Source: Scophthalmus maximus
Taxonomy: Eukaryota
Assembly: GCF_022379125.1 (NCBI RefSeq)
Contig: NC_061519.1
Coordinates: 23,919,101 to 23,983,100 of the forward strand
Direction: 5' to 3'
DNA: 64,000 bases
Part shown: piece after piece, positions 1-12,886 of the stretch
How positions within the stretch are numbered: the first letter of the stretch is position 1
Layout: each line of letters opens with the position of its first letter
The notes under the pieces: generated by a model
What the model was told of the DNA's origin: nothing
Seen by the model: the letters and a program-made list of their open reading frames with translations, nothing else
Databases searched by the model: none
Made by a program: the position numbers and the translations under genes

Positions 1-3000
1 CCACCGGAGTCATGTAGCAGGCCAATCATGGCAACTGCGGGCGAATCCTAATTAGAGAGAGGCTGCGACGTGTCTGCGTGTCATCGGGTTGAGCGGGATT
101 AATGTACCTTGTGGTTTTGGTATGTTTTAAATATGATAATTGCCACGTATGTACCTGTTGGCCTGAAGAGCTCAAAACCAATATTAGGAGTCTTGAGGGC
201 AAACTGTGGGATCTCGGGCACGCAGGCAAAACATCAGATCCCCCCTGTGACCCAAGAATAACTCCGACGGCCCATCTCGCCATCTCGCCTCTGTCTAATT
301 GGCGTCACGTCCACGCTCACATAAATCGAGCAGAGTGAGATCCAGCAGCAAATATAGCAGGGACAAAAGAAAAAAAAGAAAGAAAGAAGGGAGATTTGTC
401 TGTTCAGAAAGCGCTCTGGTGCCGATCCAGAAGGACGAGTCGGACAGTAAAACTAAGAAAAGTGTCCCACAAAGCCTCAGCGTTATAAAAGAGCAGGATC
501 ATCTCATGTGGTGTCTTTTACAGACCCACTTGCTGAGGTTAGCTAAACACAGCTGTGGCGTTTCAGGACAAGCAAATGTGTAGTTGTCTCAACAATAAGC
601 ACTTTTGGTTCCTTGAATTGCAAAGTGGATTTTTTTTTTTTTTTTGCTCCTTTTTGCCTCAACTTGAAACATGGGAAACAGATCCTGTCGAAATGTGACG
701 AAATGCAGTTTCCCTGATCCCACTCTTCCCAAAATGTTGTCGTTGTTTGTGTTACCGAGGCGTTTATCTGAACCCGGTAGCTGAAATTGACTCATTACAG
801 GCGAATGTTAGATTCTATGATATTAATCTACGGTATAAATGAGTTCATACAGAGGAATTTGAAGCGCGTTTCGTGCAAATATGGAGTCTCGCTGTTCTTT
901 ATCGTGAACACAGATGAAACATTGGAGTTATTAATTCTTCAGGTGCATGCGAACATGACTCGTCTGGGAATTGGAAAACACTTCGCAGACAATATATCAC
1001 ACGGTTAAACAGTCCACAGTAGTTGTTGCGCAACTCATAATAGTTATTGCACAATTTACAACATTTCTGTCATGAATTCATTGTTACTTGAGTTCAGTCA
1101 GCCTTATAAAAACAATAGAATTAATCAATCAATAAGATTTTATATTAAGATAAAGTCTGTGTGAAATGTATCCCCTTACAAAAGTGTTTGCCAAAATCCT
1201 ATGCACTTTATGTGGGATTTTATTTTGAAATGTAACTGGTCCAAATGGCCATGGTTAGTAAGAGACAACTGATGGACTGTTGCATTATGGGTCAGAATCA
1301 GTGCCGAGAAACTACATACTGCCTCCAAATAACTCATCCTGCAGAGGCGCACACTGTAATTGTCTTTATGTTGTGTTCGATGTGGTTGATGGACTTGACA
1401 TGAGACACTTCTCAGTGTCTTTCTTTGAGTTAAACTCTTTTGCGTTGTGCCAGCGTGTTTATCGGCGGACACCGACCGGGGAGACTTTAAAAAAACGATT
1501 GGGCAATGTAAGTGTCATCTGAGGAAAGAGAGAAAGAGAGACAAAAATAAATCTTCAAAGACATCTGTGCGAAAGCGTGGCCATTATTTCATGGGACTTG
1601 CGTAGTTAAAAAAAGAGAAGAAACGGAGGATGGCTCATGTTGAAGCTACGGCGAAGAATTATCACCCGGGTGCAGTTCCCCTGAGCTCGACCGTACTGAG
1701 CTCACTCTAAATGTGTTTCAGCTCATTATTTTGGTTTTACTGCCCATAAGTTACGCTTCACTCTCACTGCAGCGGACAGATGTTTCGATGGAAAGGCTCG
1801 CTGTACACCAGGCGACCTGACCAGGCACAAAACACTGCCGTCGGATAAGCTGTTTCCCCGCAGGAGATGGAGGAGACCAAAACGGAGCGAAAGCCAGAGT
1901 CAGTGTTTGACTTAAATTCACCCGGGGCGGACGCAAACAACTCCAAATGAACGCGTATGTTGCTGCACGTGTGCAGGACGTGCAGCTGGGCTACTGTTTG
2001 CAAACACATTTTTAATGTCAACTGCCTTCATGTAGAATTCAGGTAAGCAACATGAACATATTCAAAAGAGTTGCGTCTTGCATTATTCTAAAGGTCTATA
2101 CAGGGAGCTTATAGCTAAAATGCAATGGAGGTCATTGTGGCATGTTATGTATTTGTATGCAGAGTATGTGTCTTTGCTGTTGGAACTGTATTTGTGATTC
2201 CATATTTCTTTGTTTGCATGTCCGGTTGTTGCTTTACAGAGCAGAACGTCAATATCTGATCATTACCAGAAAATAAGATCACTGAGCCATGTGGCGTTAG
2301 CATCACAGATGGAATTAGGATTTTAAAAAACATCTGAGATCTGGTTTGCAATTTCTGGCACTGCTTTTTATTTCTTTTTCTTACGCAAATCGTGTGAAAT
2401 CTTTTTTTTAGTTTTGGAGAAAATAAGTGTCATGAATCTTACTTCCTGGACTTGAATAAAAACAGTTTTTGCGGGTAGAAAATGCCCACAGATGCAGTAT
2501 ATTTGACGATAGGACAAGAGAAACAATTCTCATAAATGTGACTGGCTGCGCACAAAAGAAAACACTCGGATTACGTAACCAGTTTCACAACTGTCGCCCG
2601 TGTTTTTATAAAAGACGAGAGAGAGAGAGCCAGAGAGAGCGGTATCCTAGCAACAGAAAGTTGGCCGGAGGTTGACAGTTTACACTTACTCCTAATAATT
2701 TGTGCCGTAGGGGCCTCTGGTTTCAAAATAGGTTTAATCCAGTGAAACCAATTTTGTGGGTTAGGGGTGTGATGAGAAAATCGGGATTTACTCTCCTTTC
2801 AGATCATTAACCTGCGTTTATTTAGAGGGAATTGAATAAACATACCTTTTTTCTCTCCGATTTTCCAACAGCCGCCTGCTTTAAATTCTTAAAGTTACAC
2901 ACGTTTCACACCCTGGGTTAATTTACAGTATGACTGCAGATTTCCTCTGGCAGATGCTGCGCAGCTCCAAACTGTCAGCAGTTTTCAGGGGGGGGGGGGG

Positions 3001-3970
3001 GGGGGGAGAGTGTTACTTATTTAATTTTGGCATGAGTTTTTCGCAGTCCAGGGAAAACAAACCAGTAACTGTGCAAATAAAACAGCAACTCTCTAAGGTT
3101 TTAGGCAACTGCTGCCTGGTCCGTAACCTCCAACCTCTTTACCAAGACTCTTGATGTCGTCCAACATCAAGCTGCAATTCCACGAGAGAACATTTAGAAA
3201 CATACTTGGATTTCTTTTTTCCGGGGGTTAAGAAGACACCCGTCAGTCGCAAGGTCCCGTCTGTTATCTCTCTGTATCGTCAGCGATAAAAGAAAATCCC
3301 CCTGGGTTTCCTAAAGATATGAACGCGCTCGTCTTAAGTGACTCGAGTACATCTATTCGAACATCGGCACGCGTCGGTTAAATCGATGGAGACTGCATTT
3401 TTGGAGACCTGCGGAGTTGTGTGTTTGCCATGTTTGGTGAAAGAAGAAGACTCTTTACTCAACTTTGACTGTTGGGAAATCACTGCACATTTCCATCGCC
3501 ATCCCGTTCAGTTCGCCTCACCTCTGTGTGACAAGTGACGGGGCTCAGCAACAATCAAATTCAACTTACCAATGTGAATAACACGATTCGATACGTGTGA
3601 GGGTGATGAATGCAAAGGGAAAGGAGATGATTTTCACCCCTCCTCAGATCGTTGTGAGTCGGGGCCACGCTCCTGCCCGCTGTCGGAGGAGCAGCTGGAT
3701 TTGTCTGCTCACCGGAGGAATGTCAATCTGCCTCTCAGAAGAGTTTGTTCCTCCAAGAAACCTGATGTGCTTTGTGCGCAGTGACGAATACGCAACGACG
3801 GCAGGGAAAACATCTTCTGTTTTTGTTCTGCCTTCGGCCGCGGTGTTTCACAACCTGCCAAACGACTTCGGCGGAGAAACTTGAGCGAGAGGATCCCGGG
3901 ATGGAGCCTCCTGAAACATTTATTTGTACGGAGGGAAGAGGCCCAACCTGAAGCGTCTGACCCGACACCG

Positions 3971-3971
<1 letters not shown>

Positions 3972-4017
<46 letters not shown>
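3972..4017. repeat. (CA)n microsatellite, about 23 units
   Basis: Dinucleotide run. Confidence 0.95.
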
Positions 4018-4019
<2 letters not shown>

Positions 4020-4919
4020 TTGATGTTAGAGGTGGGCGACACACTTTTTTAAAAATTTTAATCAAAACTAAAGGGAACACTGAGTAATTCATGCGATTTA
4101 TTGATGCTGAACGGACTCAAGAACTTCAAGCTTTTTTCTCAGTTGTCGACATCATATTTAAAAAATATATATATATTTGATTAAATATAAAAGCAAGACT
4201 ACAGCGATAGATTATGATTTATACGGCCGCCTGCAGGTTACAGCATACTGATTAGGTAATAATTATAGGGTACAGTATTATTACTGGTTCGCATGGCAGC
4301 AGAGATGGGGTAAAAGTCAGACACAATATAAAATCATTTAATCTAATATTATGTACGTTTTTTATATCAGATCGGTGTTGGCTGTCCGAAAACAATAATT
4401 ATCCTGGGTAGTTCTACGAAATGCAGCAATATTCCTACTCTATCAATTTTGACAGCACATTTATTATGGAAGAATCCATAAATTGTACATAAACATGGAC
4501 GGCGTGTCCAACATTTATCCAAAATATCCTGATACGGTTGCTGCCATTTTGTGTTTTAGACGTGATTTGGAGCCAGAGTCTGCACAGTAGGAATCGACCA
4601 ACCGCTGGTTGGGTGATTGAGCATTGAGATGATTTCACTTTATGGAGCTGTCATGTCGTCCATCTTGATGTACAGTGAACTGAAGAAACTCTCATGCTCT
4701 ACACCTCTTTCTCTTTTAATTTAATATTGTGATGAAATCATACGTTCTTACTTATTATTGCTGGTATAATTGAAATGTTTCTGATGGTTTTTCCTCCACA
4801 GAAAGGACGGAGGGGGGTGGTAGGAGTCCAGTGCTCGCTCGAGTTCCAAGAGCTGAAGCCTATTGTAGCTTAACCTTGATGAATTGATTCAACTCGTCAT
4901 TTTCTGAATTCGGGGAACT

Positions 4920-5220
4920 TTTGCAGTGGACGCGAAAAGGCTTCAAAGGCCATTTACTTGGTGTTGACCCAGGGCTCAGAGGCCGGTGTCGGCGCGGTCG
5001 GCTCATGCCAGGTGTCCCGCGCGTCTGGAGTCCGCTCAGTGCCACTGATGAGGCCCACATGCGCTGGAAGTTGCCACCTCGTTTTCCGAATCCTGACAGC
5101 CCAGCGCGCCGCGTCTCGCTCCCTGCGGCCAAGTCTGCAGCGGGGCGAGCGCGAAAATCGTGCCGATGACAGTTTTTCCAAACAAACAGAAATCCCTGCA
5201 CCGTCCAAAAAACCGTGACA

Positions 5221-5255
<35 letters not shown>

Positions 5256-5620
5256 CGGCGGTGCCAACAGAGACACAGCCACAGTGTCATGTCTGCGTTT
5301 CGAGGCCTCTTCCCAGAGAAGAGGGCCCGTTGAGGTGACAAAACCACCGAGGGCTGTGGAAACTGAAGTGAGGAATGCAGAGTTCCACCACAACACCCCA
5401 AACAGGGGAGGTGATTACTCTTCCAGCCTCGCGCACATCGATCCTCCAGCTGGACGAAAGGCTGAGGCGACGCAGGCGGCGAAAGGGCGAAGCTCGCTGC
5501 TTTGCTTTTCACCCCGCTTTGCCAAAGCCCCGAGATCCAGTGGAGTGTCAATAACCCGCAGGGCCAAGGTTTACTTAGAGCTCGGCCCCTGGGAGGACAG
5601 ACAATACCTAAATGTCAGAT
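4920..5620. promoter_or_regulatory. GC/CpG-rich island of unknown function (contains poly-C32)
   Basis: Dense CpG (gcgcgg, cgcg, ccgcg) across about 700 bp; many overlapping ORFs in all frames typical of GC-rich non-coding DNA. Confidence 0.3.
5223..5254. repeat. Poly-C homopolymer (32 C) inside a GC-rich island
   Basis: Homopolymer run. Confidence 0.95.
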
Positions 5621-5858
5621 GAGCGTAAAAAGGAAATATAGGACACACGCGCGCGCGCAAAAATAATAGTTCTTCCCTAAATAAAGGTCTTCTATTATAA
5701 GGAGGAATGGGGAGCCTTCTTCCATTGGGTGCGGCCTCACCCTACATGCACCACATTATTATAATAATAATAAGTTATCATAATAATGATAATACACCAC
5801 AGATTCTCATCCTACCATGCACCCATTTTACATAATGCTGTCATCCCTAGGCCTTATT

Positions 5859-5863
<5 letters not shown>

Positions 5864-5894
<31 letters not shown>
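5864..5894. repeat. (AT)n microsatellite
   Basis: Dinucleotide run. Confidence 0.9.
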
Positions 5895-5897
<3 letters not shown>

Positions 5898-6696
5898 TGT
5901 CTGTCCAATACTTTTTATGTCCCCACGCCCCCCCTGTCTTCCCCGATTTGTCATTTCACTTAATAGCATAAAGTTTTTAAAAGAGAAAAAAGAAAGGTCA
6001 GCAGAAAATAGAACAAAAAGTCATTGGAATCAATCCCACGTGGACGATATCAGTTTCCCGAACACAGTCCCTCTTTCAAAAGCGCCAGATATTAATACGA
6101 GTAGTCCTACGAGTAGTCTCGTGCTCCACACCCCGGTTTCCCCCAAAGCTTTTTCGAGGATCACCGACCGACATTTGAAACTCGTGACGCTGTTTTGACT
6201 CGAGCGCGCCGTCAAGCCGCCGGACGCCGTCTGCGGTGGTAACATCCCCTCAGTTTTTTGATGAATCCGATTCAGCTGTAGTATCGCGGCTATGTCATAA
6301 TACCGTAGGTGCTTGCGTGATTGAAGCTCTGAAAAAAAATCCTCTGGCACTTTCTCCGGGTTTTTCAGGCGGTTCGGGTCGAAGTGAACTCAGTGGGAGC
6401 AGGTGAGAAACACAGAGTCATGTTGCACACACCGTAAGGAACGCGCTTTTTGGGAACCACAAATTCGGGCATTTCAGCCCTTCAGGGTGAGGTTTCCTCC
6501 CGCTATCCAACGTCCGACGCGGCGATGCTCCCGGGGCTCTCCCTCTATTGAGACAGTCGATACTCCCAAGTACAAACTACTTCATCTCCAAACTAACAGC
6601 AGCTGACAGTGTTTATTGTTACTGGATGGATCCGCCGATAAAAATGGACATTTTCCATTTTCTATAAACTTGTTATGAGCTGTGTTTAGGTTTCTC

Positions 6697-6729
<33 letters not shown>

Positions 6730-7539
6730 TACGCGGAGAACTGACAGGACATGCAACAGCGCAGGTACTGTACTTGAATATTTTGCCTTCATTATACTTC
6801 TGCTTTACATTAAAAGGAAAAATATTGAAGCGTTTACATTCACTTGAGATATATTGTAGTTCCTCGATACATTGCTGATTTACATTTGACATGTGAAACA
6901 TGACGTGTGATAAATTTAAATTAGATTAAATGACACAAAACTAAAATAAACCAGTTCAAACTAGCTCTACCTGGACCAAGTGCACAACAGTAAACTGCTT
7001 TGTACACACGACGCATCTCTGATATGCAACAACATTTTTTTTTATCATAATTGACACAGTCAGAGAGGCAATGCTGACATTCATATGTTACTTCTGAACT
7101 TTATACAATATACAGTATCGCCAGGCCCTGGCTGCAGCAGAAAAGGGATGGATGGACGGATGAACCATTTAAAAAATGTATAATACAACTTGCTTGTTGA
7201 ATTTCTTTTGCTGAAATCCCACCAATCCGAAGTTCTATCTACTGTCACTGTTACGGTCTCTCACCATGCGAGGCGCAGTCGGTGACTTGCGAGAGCCAGA
7301 GGAAGATGTAAGCAGGCCGGCGTTTGAAACCTCAACACAATCTCATCTCTCCGTCTCATCGCCGGCTAAAGGTTTGTCCGGGCGAATCACATCTCCCACC
7401 CAGTCAAGAGACCCGTTTTCATTTCATTACTCCTGAAAGCTACCTATACGCTCCTCCTGGCAGACCTGAACATTTACAAGCAGGTGCGAGTCTGTGAGAA
7501 ACTCTGGCTGCGTGCAGATGGCAGGAAATTCCAGTGAAA

Positions 7540-7990
7540 TGACAGCGGCTCCGTCCAAACCACAAGACGGTGTGAGCGGGGCCCCGTGCACCAGATACAG
7601 CCGGGAGCGGCCAGCGGCCGGCCTATAGGCTCCGCTTGGACTCGACCGCTCCTGCCAGCGCCTTGAAACAGGAGCCGCTCCTCTGGACGCCTGTTAAAAC
7701 TCTTGGCCCGGCCGACCGAGTCCCGTGCGGTGGGTGTACCGGCTGACTGCGACGTGTCTTTCCAAACAACTTGTGGGTGGTATTCGGTGCGGGGGAAACC
7801 TTTTGAAAACGGATTATGTTTTACATCTAGTGGGTCTTTTTATAGTCTGCGTTTCGGTGACTCATTTCGCATCTCGGCCAGTGAGATTAGTCAAGAATAT
7901 ATGAAGCAGCACTTTCCAGCCCTTTCGCGCGGCGCTCGTCCCACATGATGTCACGGGAAAACCGGGCCGCGTGCACAGCGAGCAGACGTT
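7540..7990. promoter_or_regulatory. CpG-rich island of unknown function
   Basis: ccgggagcggccagcggccggcc..., gcgcggcgctcgtcc; no recognisable coding homology. Confidence 0.25.
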
Positions 7991-9585
7991 GAGTAAACAG
8001 GGCCACGACATGGGCTGGGGGAAAGAAACTGGTATTAAAAGGGAAATTTGTCATTAGTATGATGATCTAAGTGATCCTGTTGGCTGAACAAATAACTATT
8101 TCATATAATTAAAACAATATTACAGCCTCTGACCACATAGATGGACAAAATCTCACCTCTGCCCATCGAGTTATGCAGATTTGAATAGATTTGACAACAT
8201 TGTATAGGGAAGCAATAGTCTTTAAAATGAATATAGTACATGTAAGAATTCATTTTTTTAACTTTATATTTTTACATCATTGCATCTATATCGCCATAGA
8301 TTGAAGAGGCCACCAAAGAGGCCTCTCTGCTCTCCAGACAACCCGCTCAAAGCCCCTCGTGACCTTTGACGGCTCGTGGCTTTGGCCAGCCGTCGGCACT
8401 CGCGGCGGAACTTCCTGGGATTGTGAGAGTCGGTGAAATCTGAATTCTAGATATTCGGTTTCCGCCATCTTGTTTGATAACTACCAGAAGAGGAATAACT
8501 TCCTCACTTTTCTTCTCGGAGTGCAGTTACAACATTAACGTCTAACGCCGGCGTTCGCCAACAGCCGCACCCGTAAAACTATGACAAACACGTGAGCCGA
8601 TCCGATCTGATTCATTGACTCTGACTCCAACAAAAGCTCAATCATCTTCACAGACTCCAACTCACGGAACATGAAAGGGTTTGAACTGATCGGGGATCAG
8701 ATACACACCGCGGCAGCTGTGAGAATCCGCGTATGACTAAAAAGATGCGTCAGCAAGATCAGACGGGGCCTGTTTCTACAGACGGCCGACACAGGGACAG
8801 CGTCGTGACACTGCGTGTAAACCTTTTCAACATCTGGAATAGAAAGAGGCCGGACCCACCTCCAGAAGGGGTTCCAGCGCTCAGATTTAAATCTGTCTCC
8901 ATCGCCTCTTGGATGGATTTTAACGTTTGAGATTGTCTGAGATTGGGCGGCTATCCCGTTTCCTGTTGCACGGTGACTCAGCCGCATCGGGTCCATTATC
9001 GCATATTTTGGTGTTACTGGAGGATATGAACTCATTCCGTTGCTGCTGGAAGTCAATTCAAGCGTTCTTTCGTCTGAGATCTGCGACGCGAACACCAAAG
9101 TCGGGCCTTGATGATGTTGTTGTTGGGTTTTTTTCCGCCGGCCCTGCGTCGCAACTCAGTCACACGGTGATCCGTTCTCAGCGTTGGTTTGTGCTCGGTC
9201 AGAACTGGTTTGCCAGACGTGGTGTCTGACCACACCGGAGATCAAACAGTGTTTGTCGTTGCTCCGCATGCGGCCACGGCGGAAAGGAGCGAAAAGCAGA
9301 GGAGGCGGGGGGGGGGCGCGAGTTGTCCTAAATGTGGCGATAGCGGAGCGTATTTTCGGCAGCCGCCTCCTCGAAAGAAACAAAACATTATAGGGTTGCA
9401 GAAGAAAGTGACAGAAATAGATGTGTGAATAATGTCGACAAACAAGGCTGACGGGGAGAAGTCTGCAGTGGGTGGGGAGCGTCGGCTTGTCAGTTTCAGA
9501 AAGTTGCAGAAATGGTGGTGAGGAGTTTGTTTCTGGAGCAAACTGACCGTCCGACACGCACTTCAGTGTGAAGGGTTTGTATTAC

Positions 9586-9930
9586 AGCTACAGTGTGCAG
9601 TATTCAGAAGAACTCATTCACAGGAATTGAACATATTGTCCATAGCTATGTCTTCATATACGTGTAATATTTATGTTTTTTCGTCAACTCTGAATGGGCT
9701 AAATATGGTTACATGAGGTGGACCCGACCTCCGTGTTTGCTACGTCGCGTTGAATACGGCTGGTGCACAGAACGTGTTCGCGTTGGATTTTCAGACGCCG
9801 CCGGAGACCGGAAATGGAATCAGCGGTGCGCCGCCGTAAAGTGTCCCCCGTCGGTCGCTCGGTGGGTTGCGGTTTGCAACTTTACCACCAGATGGCGCCA
9901 GAAAAAAATGACACGCTGCGGCTTTAAAGG
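9586..9930 (+). mobile_element. Copy 1 of a roughly 350-bp unclassified interspersed repeat (SINE-sized, non-autonomous)
   Basis: About 80% identity over about 350 bp with 29215-29580, same orientation (shared blocks: agctacagtgtg...attgtccatagc.atgt.ttcatata, cgtcaactctgaatg, acgtggacccgacct, ttgctacgtcg.gttgaatacgg, attttcagacgc.gcc.ga.accggaaatggaatcagcg.tgcgccgcc, ctttaccaccagatg). Confidence 0.6.
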
Positions 9931-10948
9931 TAAAGCAGTCGTAATCCAGTTTTGTCAAATTCTGCTCATATCTTTCTCACGGCCACTAGCTCTCCGTTCT
10001 GAGTGTGCGGCCAAAGAAAAAAAATTCCGTTTTTCGTACACAGCCCTGAACAACTCAACCAGACATTTCAGCTAATTCCGACGCATTGTCATGAAGGAGA
10101 GATGGCCGAGAAGATCTGTTTTTTCGCTGTTTCATTGAACTCCCCCACTTATTGAGATCAGTGAATCACCATGGCAACGCGCATGCGAGAGGGAGGGTGT
10201 GATTGTTTGTCTTTCTCCGGCATCGCTGACTCTCCCTCTAAATGGCTGTTCACCTTTAACTTACACTCGGGAAATAATGAAGACTTGAAAAAAAAAAAAA
10301 AGCTGTGGTTGATGTAATGTTCGGAAACTTCCCAGTGAACGCTGCACAGCTTGATGACAGTATGTGGGGAAAAAAAAACCATTCTCAGTTGTGTTACAGA
10401 CAGCATAACCGCCACAGGTGCATGTGTTTTCTTATCCGCGACGTAGTAATTTGTACAGAGATGCTGGAGGATGTGTAAAAAAAACCCCAAAAAGAGTCAG
10501 AGAGGTCCACTGAGGCTCCATCGGTTGTACCATAGCCCGGATTGCTGTGTGCCAGACCACAGCTAACAAATAACAATAGCTTTCTCCACAGGACAGTGAA
10601 ACTTTTGGAAGCCAACTGCAAAATTGCATGCGGGACGAGAGGCGGGAGCGACTGAAGCCAAGACGGTACAATAAGAAAGAAAAAGGGGGGGGGGGGGAAG
10701 CTTATTAAAAAAAATTGTTCTGGAAACGCACAGCTGGCGCCGGGTTGCAATCGTAACTTTACAACATGCGTTCGTGCCAAAAAACCACTCTCCGCTCCCC
10801 CGGACCAACAATCAGTGAAAGAACTCACATTTGGGTCCGTGTTCGACATCACTCCCCGTGTCTCCAGCAGGGCCCGCGGACCCCTTTGAAAGTCCTCGCT
10901 TTGATATTTCTCTCCCTCGTCCTTAAAACTTTGAAATGCAAATTGGTA

Positions 10949-11042
10949 ACCCCCCCCCCCCACACACACACACACACACACACACCCCCCCGGGAACGCA
11001 CGGAACGAGGAGACAGCAGTGTGTGTGTGTGTGTGTGTGTGT
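10949..11042. repeat. Compound repeat: C10-(CA)n-C7 ... (GT)n
   Basis: Homopolymer and dinucleotide runs. Confidence 0.9.
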
Positions 11043-12838
11043 GCAATTCCGCGTACCGTCATTAATCTTGACAGATCACTTTAATTTCGCTGCTGTATTT
11101 GTTATGCTTGCGTGTTAGTCTTAGGTGACTCCCAGGAATAATATTTAAAACTTTATAACAGCGACTCCCTCCACATTGAGTCGGGCCGCTCTCCTCGCCG
11201 CGCGCGTCCCAAGACAAACTGACGCAAAAGCAGCAGCACATGACGTTTGCTACTGGCTGCGGCTGTTTGCCCTGGAAGAACTAAGTACATGTAATTAGAA
11301 TTAATGATGTGCTTTGACATCTACTTTGCTGCGCTATACATTGGTTATCGATGTTGTATTGATTTGATCGAACTCTCTGCTCCCTGGCTGCTGCGACTCC
11401 AACCTCCCGGTGAGGACCTCATGGGAAATAAAAGAATTAGCTTTATTGTGTTCTCCTTTATAAAAGCCTTGTGTCCCCATTTGGAGAGAAAAAAGATCAA
11501 GTTTGATCAAGCTGGATTCAACTGAGTGAGGAGGTCGTCCGACTGTCTTAACCTGCAACGGTGCGGTTTGTTTGTTGCTGTTTTTTTGGTTCTATTTTTA
11601 AGATGAACTATTCAGTTTTTTCATTATTTTCACAAATGGATGAAATGGCCGCGTGATCAACCAGCGCTGGAATATACTGTGAGCAGCTCTGAAGTTCCCC
11701 TCGACTCTATCTCGGTCTATTTCGGATCATTGTTCTGGATTTCCCGCTCACCACTTTCATTTTGTGGCTCAGTTCTCAGCAGTTCTTTTTTTTACCTTAC
11801 ATTAATCAGGTGGATGAAATATATCTGTCTATATCTGTGTCTATGCTGATGTTTACCAAGTCGTTGACTAAATGCCCAATAGATCTGCGAGAAGCAGTTC
11901 ATAAGAACAACTTTTGCGTTGCCAGATTGTGGAAAAACCATCTCTCCATGCAGCATGACACTGCTGCCCCCCCCCTGGACTAAATGGAAAAGAGCTTCAG
12001 GACAAATGGATCTTTGGCCACTTGGGGACAACGGAACCATCTAAAAAAACAACACAGACATATTATCACACTCATCTCCACATGTACACCATCAGTGCAG
12101 AGGCTAAATGTCTCCATAAAGACATTTACTTAGATCCTGCGGAGGGCGCATTTGACAACTAATGGCGGGACAACTAGGCTGTCCTATTTCGAAGGCTCCT
12201 TCAAATGCGTCCTTACGTTCCCGAGCAATGAAGGATGCAAAGGGTGGATCCTTTACGAGGCCAACCGATCCCAGGGTTTATTGATAGCGATGTGATGAGT
12301 CGCTTTTTTCAAAAAGAGAACATGGCGGCAAAACACTGAAGACGAGACAGAGTCCGAGGTGGACGTTTTTAAAGTATCAGGCTTCAAGTCAATGAAACAG
12401 CTACGGCACAAGTGTTGAAACACCAAGGGATCAGACGGCCGCACTGCTAGTTGAAGACGCATCTGTAGGTCTAGGACAAGCTGGTGACCAGTGAGAAATC
12501 CTCCATTGATCGGACCCCCACGGCCTATGAGGTCTACGAAGGCGTGGCCTTATTGGGACACAGCTAGCGTCAGCATCACCTTCACGGCCTGCGGCATCGA
12601 ACCCAACGCGCATGTAACAACCGAATAACACTGTGAATACAGGCCATGCTTCATAATGGCTTCCTACACTTTTTCACTTACAGGACTCAAACTTGTAATT
12701 TCTCATTTTTTCACTTTGTGGTATTGTTACTGTAATTGAAGGACATGATGAGAATCCAACACTAAATCAAGGAATCACGCAACCGAGAAGAAGAAAAAAG
12801 GGTTCGCCTGAAACTAAATATGGATTCGAAATCGAAGC

Positions 12839-12841
<3 letters not shown>

Positions 12842-12876
<35 letters not shown>

Positions 12877-12886
12877 CACACACACA
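12842..12886. repeat. (CA)n microsatellite
   Basis: Dinucleotide run. Confidence 0.9.

Noticed and set aside
3709-4092. ORFs with CVCVCV / HTHTHT repeats here and at about 10394-11118, 14774-15324, 15878-16241, 17258-17672, 29663-30007, 44409-45091, 58681-59188 and 60096-60374
   Set aside because: Open frames created by (CA)n/(GT)n microsatellites; no coding evidence.
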